Shown here piece after piece: positions 9,810 to 20,243 of a stretch of 34,174 nt of DNA. Every line of letters begins with the position of its first letter. Position 1 is the first letter of the stretch. The DNA comes from Octopus bimaculoides (taxonomy: Eukaryota): positions 127,829,301 through 127,863,474 of the forward strand of contig NC_068984.1 in NCBI RefSeq assembly GCF_001194135.2. The letters are read 5' to 3'. The notes under the pieces are model-generated. The model saw only the letters and a list, made by a program, of their open reading frames with translations. It was not told the DNA's origin and did not search any database. Made by a program: the position numbers and the translations under genes.

Positions 9810-10499
9810 AGGTTGTATTTTATTGATTTCACCCTTAAGAGGTGTATTTGAGTAAATATATCATGCCTTGCTCAAGAACATAGAATTAATATACTGTCCA
9901 AAGGTTACAAACAATACTAGTCATCTGGTTTCAAATTCTCACCCTAAATGTCTAAAATGGTAACATATGAATCATAGCAGAAAATAACATAGAATTTCAT
10001 ATTCATCAATTCCAATTCATTAGTGAAGTTCATTTTCATTAGTTAAAACTTTCTATATATCGCAAATGAATTACACTTGGTCTTCATTAATTACAGACCA
10101 AAACAGAAATTTTTTTTTTAGATGAACAAATTAAGAAATATTTCCAATCAATATAACCAGCTTCCTCTAAACTTAATGATTTAGTTATTAAATGATTAAT
10201 GATTTTTTTAATGACTTTTTTTTAAAAATTAAATTATCTACAGCTTTTATTTTAGGTGATAAAGTGAATGTGAGATGATGTTTTCATATGATAGTAGAGA
10301 TGAAATTTGAACAGGATTAGGTGTTGTTGTTGTTATTGTTGTTGTAGTTGTTGTTGTTATTTTACCATCGGCCAAACTTATTGGAGAAGACTTATGACTA
10401 AAGATATTGTAGTCATGGCAATCTTTTATTTTATATTTTGTTTCTATCAGACAGTGTGTCTTGGAACACATTATTCGATACTTTTTTGAGGTGTTTAGG

Positions 10500-10681
10500 A
10501 TGTGATGATGATGATGATGATCATCATCATCATCGTCGTCATCATTATCATTTGTATTGTCATTACCACCAAAACCACCAACACCACCACCATCATCCTC
10601 ATCATCATCCTCATCATCATCCTCATCATCATCCTCATCATCATCACCATCATCATCATCACCATCACCATCATCATCATC

Positions 10682-10713
<32 letters not shown>
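10500..10713. repeat. (GAT)n/(CAT)n trinucleotide array with a 12-bp higher-order unit CATCATCATCCT
   Basis: Direct; source of the poly-H/poly-D/poly-S ORFs. Confidence 0.95.
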
Positions 10714-11032
10714 TTAACCCTTTAGCATTCAAAGCAGCCATATCAGGCCCAAATATTCTACATGTCTTGTACTCAAACTGACCAGATCAGGCCTCTCACA
10801 ACTACCCTACAGTGTCATTCTAAATGTAAATATTCTTTTCTACTCTAGGCACAAGGCCTGAAATTTTGGGGGAGGGGCCAGTCGATTAGATCAATCCCAG
10901 TACGCAACTGGTACTTAATTTATTGACCCCGAAAGGATGAAAGGCAAAGTCAACCTCAGCGGAATTTGAACCCAGAACGTAAAGACAGACGAAATACCTA
11001 AGATATGGCTGGTTTAAATGCTGGTGGGTTTG
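10714..11032. mobile_element. piggyBac-like MITE remnant with a nested SINE
   Basis: Left end TTAA|CCCTTTAGCATTCAAAGCAGCCATATC; right end GATATGGCTGGTTTAAATGCT..GGGTT is an imperfect inverted repeat of it. TTAA plus CCCT is the piggyBac terminal signature; the right TTAA is degraded. Confidence 0.6.
10833..11001 (-). mobile_element. Family C SINE, 5'-truncated
   Basis: CTGGTACTTAATTTATTGACCCCGAAAGGATGAAAGGCAAAGTCAACCTCAGCGGAATTTGAAC is the reverse complement of the 2360-2600 copies. Confidence 0.9.
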
Positions 11033-11130
11033 CCCAATGCTACAGCTACATTCCTACTTTATTGTAAATAGAAGAATAATATGTAAGAAACTAGATATAC
11101 TTGTTGAAAGTGTATTTTTCATTTTTTAAG

Positions 11131-11259
11131 CTAGTCAAGACAGCAGTAGCAGTACACATCACCTTTGTATCCTCCACCCACGTTGAGGATGCTGATGCAG
11201 TTGTTGCTGAGCCTAAACAATTACAGATCAATGTCTACAGAAACAAAAGAAAAGTCTAA
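11131..11259 (+). other. Weak candidate terminal exon (LVKTAVAVHITFVSSTHVEDADAVVAEPKQLQINVYRNKRKV*)
   Basis: Acceptor TGTATTTTTCATTTTTTAAG|, 42 open codons, AATAAA overlapping the stop. No recognisable homology. Confidence 0.15.
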
Positions 11260-11271
11260 TAAACAATGATG

Positions 11272-11305
<34 letters not shown>

Positions 11306-11944
11306 CAATAATAATAATGATAATAATAATAATAATAAATAAATAAATAAATAAATAAAAAGAAAATGGAAAAAAAACCTGAGATAGGTAGGGAGGGAAT
11401 CAGGATTTGATCCTGATCGTTGTAACAGAATGAACTCCATTAACAGCATCAAAGGGCCAAATGTTAAACCTTTCCCCTTAAATGACCCCCAATCGAACGC
11501 TATGCTGTTGCTAACAGAGAATGGACATTATATATTTCATTTTCCTGCATTTTTTATTATGCAGTTAGTCAGTTCATGGTAATATTTTATCAACACATTT
11601 TTCACTTGATCTTGCATATAAAACTGTTTTTTTTAAATCTCTTTAAATTCTGGTAATGATTTGTGCTGAAAATAACCAGAATTTTATTTGATTAAAGAAA
11701 TATAGTAATAAACTGTATTTGCTCAAGTCTTATAGTGTAATTAATGTCAATGAAGCAAGAAATTACCAAGAATCTTTGGTTTACACATCAAGTAATTGAA
11801 TTTAGAATAATTAATTCTTGGCTGTTTGGATCGTCAGCTAAGCAGACATGGTTATGCAATGATTTGACAAATGTTGGCTGTAAAATGTGGGCCGAGTGAA
11901 ACTAGTTTGAAGATTTCACATATGTAGCCAGGTGGAGTTCACCA

Positions 11945-12140
11945 CCACCACTCTGCTTGACAGCCAGTGTTGGTGTATTTATGTCCCCGTAACTTAGCAG
12001 ATTGGCAAAAGAGACTGATAGAATAAGTACCAGGTTTAAAAAGAATAAATATTGGGGTTGGTTTGTTAGACTAAAATTCTTCAAGGTGATGCCCCAGCAT
12101 GGTTGCAGCCATGGTTACTAAAATAAGTAAAAGATAAAGA
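11945..12140 (+). mobile_element. Family A/B SINE 3' half, diverged
   Basis: GCTTGACAGCCAGTGTTGGTGTATTTATGTCCCCGTAACTTAGC..GATAGAATAAGTAC..CCAGCATGG..AAGTAAAAGATAAAGA. Confidence 0.85.
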
Positions 12141-12172
12141 TAGTCCAAATGTCTTCCCATCCCATGCAGCTC

Positions 12173-12476
12173 CTCTTTTACTCTTATTCTTTTACTTGTT
12201 TCAAGTCATTTGACTGTGGCCATGCTGGAGCACCGCCTTTAGTCGAGCAAATCGAACCCAGGACTTATTCTTTGGAAGCCTAGTACTTATTCTATCGGTC
12301 TCTTTTACCGAACCGCTAAGTTATGGAGACGTAAACACACCAGCATCGGTTGTCAAGTTGATGTTGGGGGACAAACACAGACACACAAACACACACACAC
12401 ACACATATATATATATATCCATATATACGACGGGCTTCTTTCAGTTTCCGTCTACCAAATCCACTCACAAAGCTTT
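12173..12476 (-). mobile_element. Family A/B SINE with internal (CA)/(AT) microsatellite, 5'-truncated
   Basis: Close match to 29085-29592 and 32297-32406 (CATTTGACTGTGGCCATGCTGGAGCACCGCC..CTAAGTTA.GG.GACGTAAACACACCAGCATCGGTTGTCAAG..TTTCAGTTTCCGTCTACCAAATCCACTCAC). Confidence 0.9.
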
Positions 12477-12699
12477 GTCTCTATTGCTGTCCCAATTGCT
12501 GTTGCTGTTGCTGCTGCTGCCACCAAAATGCAAAATGTATTGTATTATCATCATTGGCAGCAGCTGTGGCGGTAGCAGTGGGAGCAGTGGTAGCAGTGGC
12601 AGCGACAAGATTTTTACTTGTATGTATGGTGGTTGGTAAATAAGCTTTGATATTGCATGGTAGTTGTAAATGAGCACCACATTATGCTAGTAGAATCCT

Positions 12700-12960
12700 T
12701 CATATCCAATTTTCAGTGAAATCATTTTTGGTCAAGGGAAAATATTACCTTATTTGGAAACAAGTGAGAGTTGACACCAAAGAAGGGCATCTGGCCACAG
12801 AAAATCTTCCTTAGCAAATTCAGTCCAACCCATGCAAGCATGGAAAAGTGAACAATAAAATGATGATGATGATGATGATGATGATGAGGATGATGATGGT
12901 GGTGGTGATGATGATGAGGTGAAGGAGGACTATGACGACGACGATGACAGCGATGATGAT
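12700..12960 (+). mobile_element. Family E-like element with (GAT)n tail
   Basis: AGAAGGGCATCTGGCCACAGAAAATCT..CCAACCCATGCAAGCATGGAAAAGTGAAC..AAATGATGATG. Confidence 0.7.
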
Positions 12961-13498
12961 TATGATGTGTAGCATATCATCTGAATAGTTCAGTTACAGT
13001 TGCCAAGTAACAAAAACTTCATTTTGAGACATCTTATTNNNNNNNNNNNNNNNNNNNNNNNNNNNNNNNNNNNNNNNNNNNNNNNNNNNNNNNNNNNNNN
13101 NNNNNNNNNNNNNNNNNNNNNNNNNNNNNNNNNNNNNNNNNNNNNNNNNNNNNNNNNNNNNNNNNNNNNNNNNNNNNNNNNNNNNNNNNNNNNNNNNNNN
13201 NNNNNNNNNNNNNNNNNNNNNNNNNNNNNNNNNNNNNNNNNNNNNNNNNNNNNNNNNNNNNNNNNNNNNNNNNNNNNNNNNNNNNNNNNNNNNNNNNNNN
13301 NNNNNNNNNNNNNNNNNNNNNNNNNNNNNNNNNNNNNNNNNNNNNNNNNNNNNNNNNNNNNNNNNNNNNNNNNNNNNNNNNNNNNNNNNNNNNNNNNNNN
13401 NNNNNNNNNNNNNNNNNNNNNNNNNNNNNNNNNNNNNNNNNNNNNNNNNNNNNNNNNNNNNNNNNNNNNNNNNNNNNNNNNNNNNNNNNNNNNNNNNN

Positions 13499-13561
<63 letters not shown>

Positions 13562-13914
13562 AGTAGTATGTTAGATTAAATTAAAATTGTAAAGGTATCT
13601 TGTAAAGGAACTGGTTAGCCAAAAACAGATATTTTTGAGTATGTCATAAGAACAATGGTTTACAAAAATTGCTGGTTGCTAGAAAAATCTTTAAATAAAA
13701 TGGCCCAGAGGAAAGTTTAGAAAAGTACTAGAGTGATAACATCATGACAATAACATGATTGGAAATACAATCCTTTATTTGTTTTCCACCCCTTTTCAGT
13801 GTTAGGCTTTCATCATTATCTTCGTCATCCTCCTCCTCATCATCATCATCCTCATCATCATCATCCTCATCTGCATCCTCATCCTCATCCTCATCATCAT
13901 CATCATAAAACTGT

Positions 13915-14026
13915 TACATGTATTTTAACATGTATAAGGAACCCTTGCATATAAGGAACTCCCTAATTTTTTTCACCTAATTTTTGACTGAAATGGATTC
14001 CTTATACTACAGGTTGAAATACGGTA
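13915..14026. mobile_element. Short pogo/Tigger-like MITE remnant
   Basis: Ends TACATGTATTT and AAATACGGTA (TACCGTATTT-type TIR); internal direct repeat TATAAGGAAC twice and inverted CCTTATA. Confidence 0.45.
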
Positions 14027-14143
14027 TGTCTTTTCTGGCCATTGTTATAAAAACTATATATATATATATATATACATTGATAGAAAAGGTGAGACAACAA
14101 AAGAAAGAAAGAGACCTCGATATTATGTAAATAGAGGAATTTA

Positions 14144-14199
<56 letters not shown>

Positions 14200-14866
14200 A
14201 TATATGAAAAAGTATAAGTACATGATGTAGTTCCCTATGCATGTTTCACCATTGTGGTTATTTGCATCCTCTGCAGTGGGTTTTCATACAGCATTTGGAT
14301 GCAGATCCACAATGTTTCTTCAGGGGAACACTTACTTACATTATGTTAACACAGAGTAGATGCTTTACTTGGATAGATGGCAAAACATTTTGTAAGCATG
14401 TCAAAAGGGAAACAGAGACAGCAAGAGAGAAGAAGAAAGGGAGAGGAAGAGAGAGAAACACACATATACACACATATGCATCAAGCAATGCCACAGACAT
14501 ACACATGCAATGCTGAACACTTACAGTACCATGCATATACTCATATGTATATTCAATGTACCATACGTCTACATCACGCTTATTGATATTATCTTCTACA
14601 CTCTATAAATATATAAACACAAGAGTATATTTACTGACATATAACACGTCTATTTTTATATAACAATATGTCAAGTTTATATCTTTATTACAATATCCAG
14701 TAGACTGTGTTCCAATACCCAAGATAAACCAGTGATACCTGCCAAAATTTAATGGACACAGATTTCACGTATGGAATTCTCAGTTAAAAGTTAAAAACAT
14801 ATCAATGAAAACAGAATATAATGTCTAGGGAATTCATGGAATATTTCATTGCTATATATTAAGATG

Positions 14867-15125
14867 GTGGAGGCGCGTAGCCTAGTGGTTAGGGTGTTAG
14901 CACTGTGATTGTAAGATTATGGTTTCAAATCCTGGACCGGGTGACGCATTGTGTTATTGAGCAAAACACTTCATTTCATGTTGCGCCAGTCCACTCAGCT
15001 GGCAAAAATGAGTAACGCTGAGATGGACTGGCATCTCGTCCAGCTGGGGAACACATACACCATTGAAACCGGGAAACCAGGCCCATGAGCCTGGCTAGGC
15101 TTTAAAAGGGTGCATTTATTTATCT
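14867..15125 (+). mobile_element. Full-length family D tRNA-derived SINE with a 14-bp target-site duplication
   Basis: A box TAGCCTAGTGGTTAG, B-box-like GGTTTCAAATCCT; identical TATATATTAAGATG at 14853-14866 and 15126-15139. Confidence 0.9.
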
Positions 15126-15344
15126 TATATATTAAGATGTTAAAATCATTCTCTTGCTGACCATTGACTCATTAAGACTAATGGGTGTTTCACACCCAGC
15201 ACTCTGTGATGCTTTGTAATAGCTTCAACCTGTATTAATGATACAAAGATGTTGATGCTTCCCTCTTATACATGTTCAGAAAAATATATTTCTGCTATCT
15301 ATTTTTGCCAAATTTCATCTCTCTCTCTCTCTGTTAGTAAAAGA

Positions 15345-15790
15345 GTGCATTGGGATATAAACCAAGTGTGTGGATTCACAATGATAGAAAAGTAATATGA
15401 ACATGAGTCAGCGACTGTGATGGTGAATAAATGAATAAGGGAATTTATGGGATTTCTCCTTAAAGACTGGCCATGGAAACCAGAAATAATTATAACAGAC
15501 AAAAGAAAGTGTAAAAGCATAAACTTTGCAATAACATACAGCTTAGTGGATACCAAAGAAATCACGGAAACTGAGAAATGCCAGAATTGAACCAGAGAGA
15601 AAAATGGATTGTGGAAGATGAAGGGGGGCAGTTGTTCCTGTGGTAACTGGTGCACTTGGAAAAACAACTAAAATGCTGTCTAAGAGGTTGAAGGATATTG
15701 GAATTAAGCCCATGCATTGTTTAGCTGTAAGAAAAAGTTCCATCCTGTTTTCTGCGAGAATCCTCCAAAAAGGTTCTTGAGATTTGAGGT
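15345..15790 (+). pseudogene. Decayed C-terminus of a restriction-like-endonuclease non-LTR retrotransposon (R4/Dong/CRE-type)
   Basis: Translation with stops and frameshifts: VHWD..CGF..EK*YEHE..VMVNK..LWDF..KPEIIITDK..AVVPVVTGALGKTTKMLSKRLKDIGI..KSSILFSARILQK. This follows the RLE-domain pattern (RPDI..D; VVPVV.GALG; LL.TA.ILRKVL). Confidence 0.8.
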
Positions 15791-15849
15791 GACTTGTCTC
15801 CAAACCTCAAGACAACATCCCTACTGACTAAAATAACATGTAACAGTTT

Positions 15850-16198
15850 TATGATGAAGATGATGATGATGCTGATGATGATGACAACGACGACGATGAT
15901 GACAACGACAACGATGATGATGACAACAACGACGATGACAACGACGATGACGATGACGAAGACGACGACGATGATGATGATGGTTTCAAATTTTGGCGTG
16001 ANNNNNNNNNNAGTAGGTGGAAGGGGAGAGAATGGGGAAAGGCTGGATGTGGGTGATGAAGGGGATAACGCTGACGATGATGATTGAGGAAGGGGAAGAG
16101 GAAAAAGTAGCAGATGCGGCATTCTCATGATAACAATGATGATGATAATGGACAATGGAGTAGTGGTCATGATGCTGCTGCTGCTAATGATGATGATG

Positions 16199-16230
<32 letters not shown>

Positions 16231-16236
16231 GATGAT
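15850..16236. repeat. (GAT)n/(GAC)n arrays around a 10-N gap (16002-16011)
   Basis: Direct. Confidence 0.9.
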
Positions 16237-16244
16237 AAATAAAT

Positions 16245-16560
16245 AGAATTAACTTGAATGTGGAGCCTAAAAACAGAAGCAATTCCTATCATACTAGGCA
16301 CATTAGGCATGATAAAAAAAAATATTCAGACAAATACATAGCAAAAACAGCAGGACTTACAAGTATATATAACATACAGAAAATAGCACTGCTAGGTACT
16401 GCACACATCCTACGTAAAACACCTTCAATACAGTGAAAATAAGAGCATCACAACAAACCACAGCACATACCCAAGGCACACAGAGCTGCGCTCGGTGGTG
16501 CAGTGAAAGCACGTGATAAAAATAAGGCTACTGAATAATAACAACAACAATAATAATAAT
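16245..16560 (+). mobile_element. 3' end of a second R4/Dong-like LINE with (AAT)n tail
   Basis: MWSLKTEAIPIILGTLGMIKK..YSDKYIAKTAGLTSIYNIQKIALLGTAHILRKTPSIQ*, then about 100 nt of UTR and AAT/AAC repeats. Confidence 0.85.
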
Positions 16561-16561
16561 C

Positions 16562-16774
16562 ATTTCTACTAAAGGTACAAGGCCTGAAATGTCGGGGGAT
16601 GGGACTAGTCAAATACATCGACCCCAGTGTTTCACTGGTACTTAATTTATCAACCCTGAAAGGATGACAGTCAAAGTTAACCCTGGCATATTTTGCATTC
16701 AGAATGTTAAGATGGATGAAATACTGCTAAGCATTTTGCAAAGCGTGCTAATGATTCTGCCAGCTTGCCACCTT
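16562..16774 (-). mobile_element. Near-full-length family C SINE
   Basis: Reverse complement of the head (GGCAAGCTGGCAGAATCATTAGCACGC) and core (TCATCCTTTCAGGGTTGATAAATTAAGTACCAG). Confidence 0.85.
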
Positions 16775-17039
16775 GAAAATAGGTATAATAGTATTAATAA
16801 TAATAATAATAATGATATTAATAATTATAATAATTATGAGCTTGTTGTACAGGGCTCAAATGCACAAACTCATGAGAATAGGGCAAAAGAGGAGACAGAA
16901 AGTTGCACTATGTCAAATGAAGAAAGACAACAATGAAAGCCAAAAGTGTATACACAGTTCACAAAATAAAGCATAAAAAGACAAAAAAGTGAGCAACAAA
17001 AAAGTCATAAAGAGGAAAAGGTGTATAAGTACAAGGAAG

Positions 17040-17190
17040 TATTGGCAAATTCTAGAAAGTATGGAATTTTTTAAGGAGACATTGCCCTAGCATCTAACAA
17101 CTGGTGCAGGTGGTTTATTCCACATTTTGACAATTTTGAGCCTGGAAACACATTGCTGAAAGTAATGGGTGCTGCACGGTTATTTGTTTC
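17040..17190 (-). pseudogene. Decayed CR1-like LINE ORF2 C-terminus
   Basis: Minus translation KIVKMWNKPPAPVVRC*GNVSLKNSILSRI resembles the CR1-clade terminal motif RVV..WN.LP..VV....SFK. Confidence 0.55.
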
Positions 17191-17754
17191 TCTTTATTCT
17201 CTTGAGTATTCACTTTTTGTCCTTCCATTGTTAAATGAGGTCACCTTACCTGGCATTTTCCTCTTTTCCAAGTTATATGTAGTCCTCACCTTCATTTTTA
17301 GATTTCCTTGGTTCGTGGAAGACAATTTCCTTAGTTTTACTCACATAGATATGAAAAGTAATAAACGTATACAAATTCACCAAGTTTCAATCTAAAATCG
17401 AAGGAAAGGTAAGTAATGAAATGTAATTGCTTTTGATGTGATTATTAATTGATTTATACAGCTTCAAATCATCCTTAAAGAAATGGTGAGAAAGGTTTCT
17501 AGATCAAGGATATCTATTTTTGAAAACAAATAAATAAATAAATAAATAAATAAAAGAATCACATCTTCTGAGAAAGTGTGCTAATAGATCTAACAAAAGT
17601 ACAAAGAGCAGTGCATTTTGATTATGTTTTGATATCAGATTTTATTAGTCTATTCATTACTTCTCAAAAGACATTACTGTATTATGATTTAACTCAGAGA
17701 TGAATAGTAATTACTAGTGATTATGGAACTTTGGAGTCATATATAAATGTGCGT

Positions 17755-17885
17755 ATGCTCTTTTCCGTTTTTAATTATCTAAATTCTTCTTCTGAGGAAG
17801 GAACTGGTTTCTAACAATGACACAAAGCTCCATCATTGGAATGTAGGTAAAAAATAAAATCACATTTTAAACTTGAGAAAAGTGT
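17755..17885 (+). repeat. (TATG)-associated short interspersed repeat
   Basis: TTTTTAATTATCTAAATTCTTCTTCTGAGGAAGGAACTGGTTTCTAAC..CACATTTTAAACTTGAGAAAAGT closely matches 31448-31575 and, less closely, 18275-18400. Confidence 0.75.
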
Positions 17886-17894
17886 TGCTGTCTT

Positions 17895-18159
17895 GACTGG
17901 CTTCTGTACTGGTAGCACATAAAAAGCACCAACTGATTGTGGTCATTGCCAGCCTCCTCTGGCCCCTGTGCTGGTGGCATGAAAAAAAGCACCCACTACA
18001 CTCTTGGAGTGATTGGCATTAGGAAGGGCATCCAGCTGTAGTAACACTGCCAGATCAGACTGGAGCCCGGGGCAGCCTCCTGGCTTCCCAGACCACAGTC
18101 AAACCGTCCAACCCATGCCAGCATGGAAAACGGACGTTAAACGATGATGATGATGATGG

Positions 18160-18203
<44 letters not shown>

Positions 18204-18205
18204 GT
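17895..18205 (+). mobile_element. Family E element (RTE-type tail) with (GAT)n tail
   Basis: AAAAAGCACCCACTACACTC..GGCATTAGGAAGGGCATCCAGCTGTAG..CCAACCCATGCCAGCATGGAAAACGGACGTTAAACGATGATG. Confidence 0.9.
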
Positions 18206-18274
18206 GATATACATATGTATGTACGTACGTACGTATGTATGTATGTATGTATGTATGTATGTATGCATCTATAT

Positions 18275-18400
18275 ACGTTCTTTTCTGTTTTTAATTAGCT
18301 GAAGTCTTCCTGTGAGTAAGGAGCTGGTTTCTAACAAAGCTACAAAGTTCCATTGTTGGCATGTAGACAGCAAAATCAATGACACACATTGAGAAATGTA
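18275..18400 (+). repeat. (TATG)-associated short interspersed repeat
   Basis: Follows (GTAT)n; GAGTAAGGAGCTGGTTTCTAACAAAG..ATTGTTGGCATGTAGA. Confidence 0.65.
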
Positions 18401-18507
18401 TGCATGCAGATATATATGAAAGTATATGGTTTAATGGTTAAGGTATTTGATTTATGGTCATGAGTTTCTGGGCTAGGCAGCATGTTGTGTCTTCAGTATA
18501 CTCAATA

Positions 18508-18564
<57 letters not shown>

Positions 18565-18596
18565 TATACATGCATACATACATATATGATCCGATA

Positions 18597-19181
18597 CCTG
18601 GATGTAGTACCAGGCAGTGGCTCTCATGGCTTCTGATCTGCCTGGATGCAGTACCAGGCAGTGGCTGATCTTAATTGATTGGAAGTGCTATCATGTACAC
18701 CGTTTTGTCTTGGTATAAAAGATGAGCTACAGCAAATATTCTGCTTAATACCACAGATTTGCTTGTCAATTGTTTGACCTTAACCAGTTGAGCATGTCCC
18801 TTGGTGGCTGACGATATGTGCATCTCTGATCATGAGCAGAAGTAGTGGGGGAGCATCATAGCCATGTGTTGAGAGGAATTCTTTGTGGTTTGAATAATTC
18901 ACCTTTGGAAACATGAGTGTTTTGCTCAACATCCTTAAACAAACCTTATTCAGGGACCTTTTGAGTGGGATGGGCTACTCGACCTGAAGAAAATTCTAAC
19001 TGGGCCCCACCTGCGAGGTCATGCGCTGTTTATCTTGATATGAGATCACCATGTCATGCACATATGGTTGTGATGCATGAGCCTGCTGTACCCTTATCTG
19101 ACGGGTAGTCATGATGGGTATAATGGGCTTCGTATATTTTACCCCAGTGTCACTTTGATGGCATGCACTGCTCTCTCACTC

Positions 19182-19214
<33 letters not shown>
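18597..19214 (+). mobile_element. About 600-bp non-coding interspersed repeat ending in (AAT)n, probably the 3' UTR of a non-LTR retrotransposon
   Basis: Higher-GC complex sequence with no ORF, ending CTCTCTCACTC(AAT)11; 5' end carries a 26-bp duplication. Family assignment is from recall of octopus repeats and unverified. Confidence 0.55.
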
Positions 19215-19431
19215 CTTTTCTACAAAAGGCAGAAAAAGGCTTGAAATTTTGGGGGAAGGAACTAGTCAATTACATTGACTCCAGTGTTTCACTGGTACTT
19301 ATTTTATCGACCCGAAAAGGATAAAAGGCAAAGTTGACCTCAGTGGAATCTGAACTCAGAATGTAAAGACAGACAAAATGCCGCTAAGCATTTCTCCTGG
19401 TATGCTAATGATTCTACTAACTCACTGCCTT
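19215..19431 (-). mobile_element. Near-full-length family C SINE
   Basis: CACTGGTACTTATTTTATCGACCCGAAAAGGATAAAAGGCAAAGTTGACCTCAGTGGAATCTGAACTCAGAATGTAAAGACAGAC..GCTAAGCATTT. Confidence 0.85.
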
Positions 19432-19488
19432 AACTATCATAATAATAACAGTTGGGTGCTGGTGCGGTCCACTCTCCTCTCAGCTGTC

Positions 19489-19550
19489 ACATCTTGAATG
19501 TTCCACATCTTGAATGTTCCATCTTGAATTTTCCACATCTTGACTGTTCC
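19489..19550. repeat. 16-bp minisatellite ACATCTTGAATGTTCC, four copies
   Basis: Direct: units at 19489, 19505, 19521 (14 bp) and 19535. Confidence 0.9.
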
Positions 19551-20110
19551 AAGGAATGATGAGGTCAAGGGTGATAGTGCCAAGAGAAGTATCTACATCT
19601 GCTAGTGACTACACAAAGCACCTAAGGCTACAAGTGAAAGCATGGTACATGTTACCATGCCATACTTATTCATGAATGATGGCGAATTGTACTGTATGTG
19701 TGTGTTCCTGTTTACATGCATGTATGAATTAAAATGAAGTGTGTACATACATATGTACATATGCTTGTGAGTGGGTATATATATATATATATATNNNNNN
19801 NNNNNNNNNNNNNNNNNNNNNNNNNNNNNNNNNNNNNNNNNNNNNNNNNNNNNNNNNNNNNNNNNNNNNNNNNNNNNNNNNNNNNNNNNNNNNNNNNNNN
19901 NNNNNNNNNNNNNNNNNNNNNNNNNNNNNNNNNNNNNNNNNNNNNNNNNNNNNNNNNNNNNNNNNNNNNNNNNNNNNNNNNNNNNNNNNNNNNNNNNNNN
20001 NNNNNNNNNNNNNNNNNNNNNNNNNNNNNNNNNNNNNNNNNNNNNNNNNNNNNNNNNNNNNNNNNNNNNNNNNNNNNNNNNNNNNNNNNNNNNNNNNNNN
20101 NNNNNNNNNN

Positions 20111-20209
20111 NTATATATACAGAGGGAGTGAGAGAGAGAGATGTGTGTTTGTATAGAAATATGTGTGTATATGTATGAATGAATATATGTTTGTTGCTGC
20201 ATAAGCATG

Positions 20210-20243
<34 letters not shown>

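Noticed and set aside
10451-10490. 40-bp exon candidate after a long pyrimidine tract
   Set aside because: Poor donor (GAG|GTGTTT) and no homology.
14225-14410. Possible LINE RT remnant on minus (PFDM..IQMLYENP)
   Set aside because: Similarity is too weak to call by eye; needs a profile search.
19489-19550. CRISPR-like array (also 29101-29167)
   Set aside because: Direct tandem units with no unique spacers, in eukaryotic context and with no cas genes.
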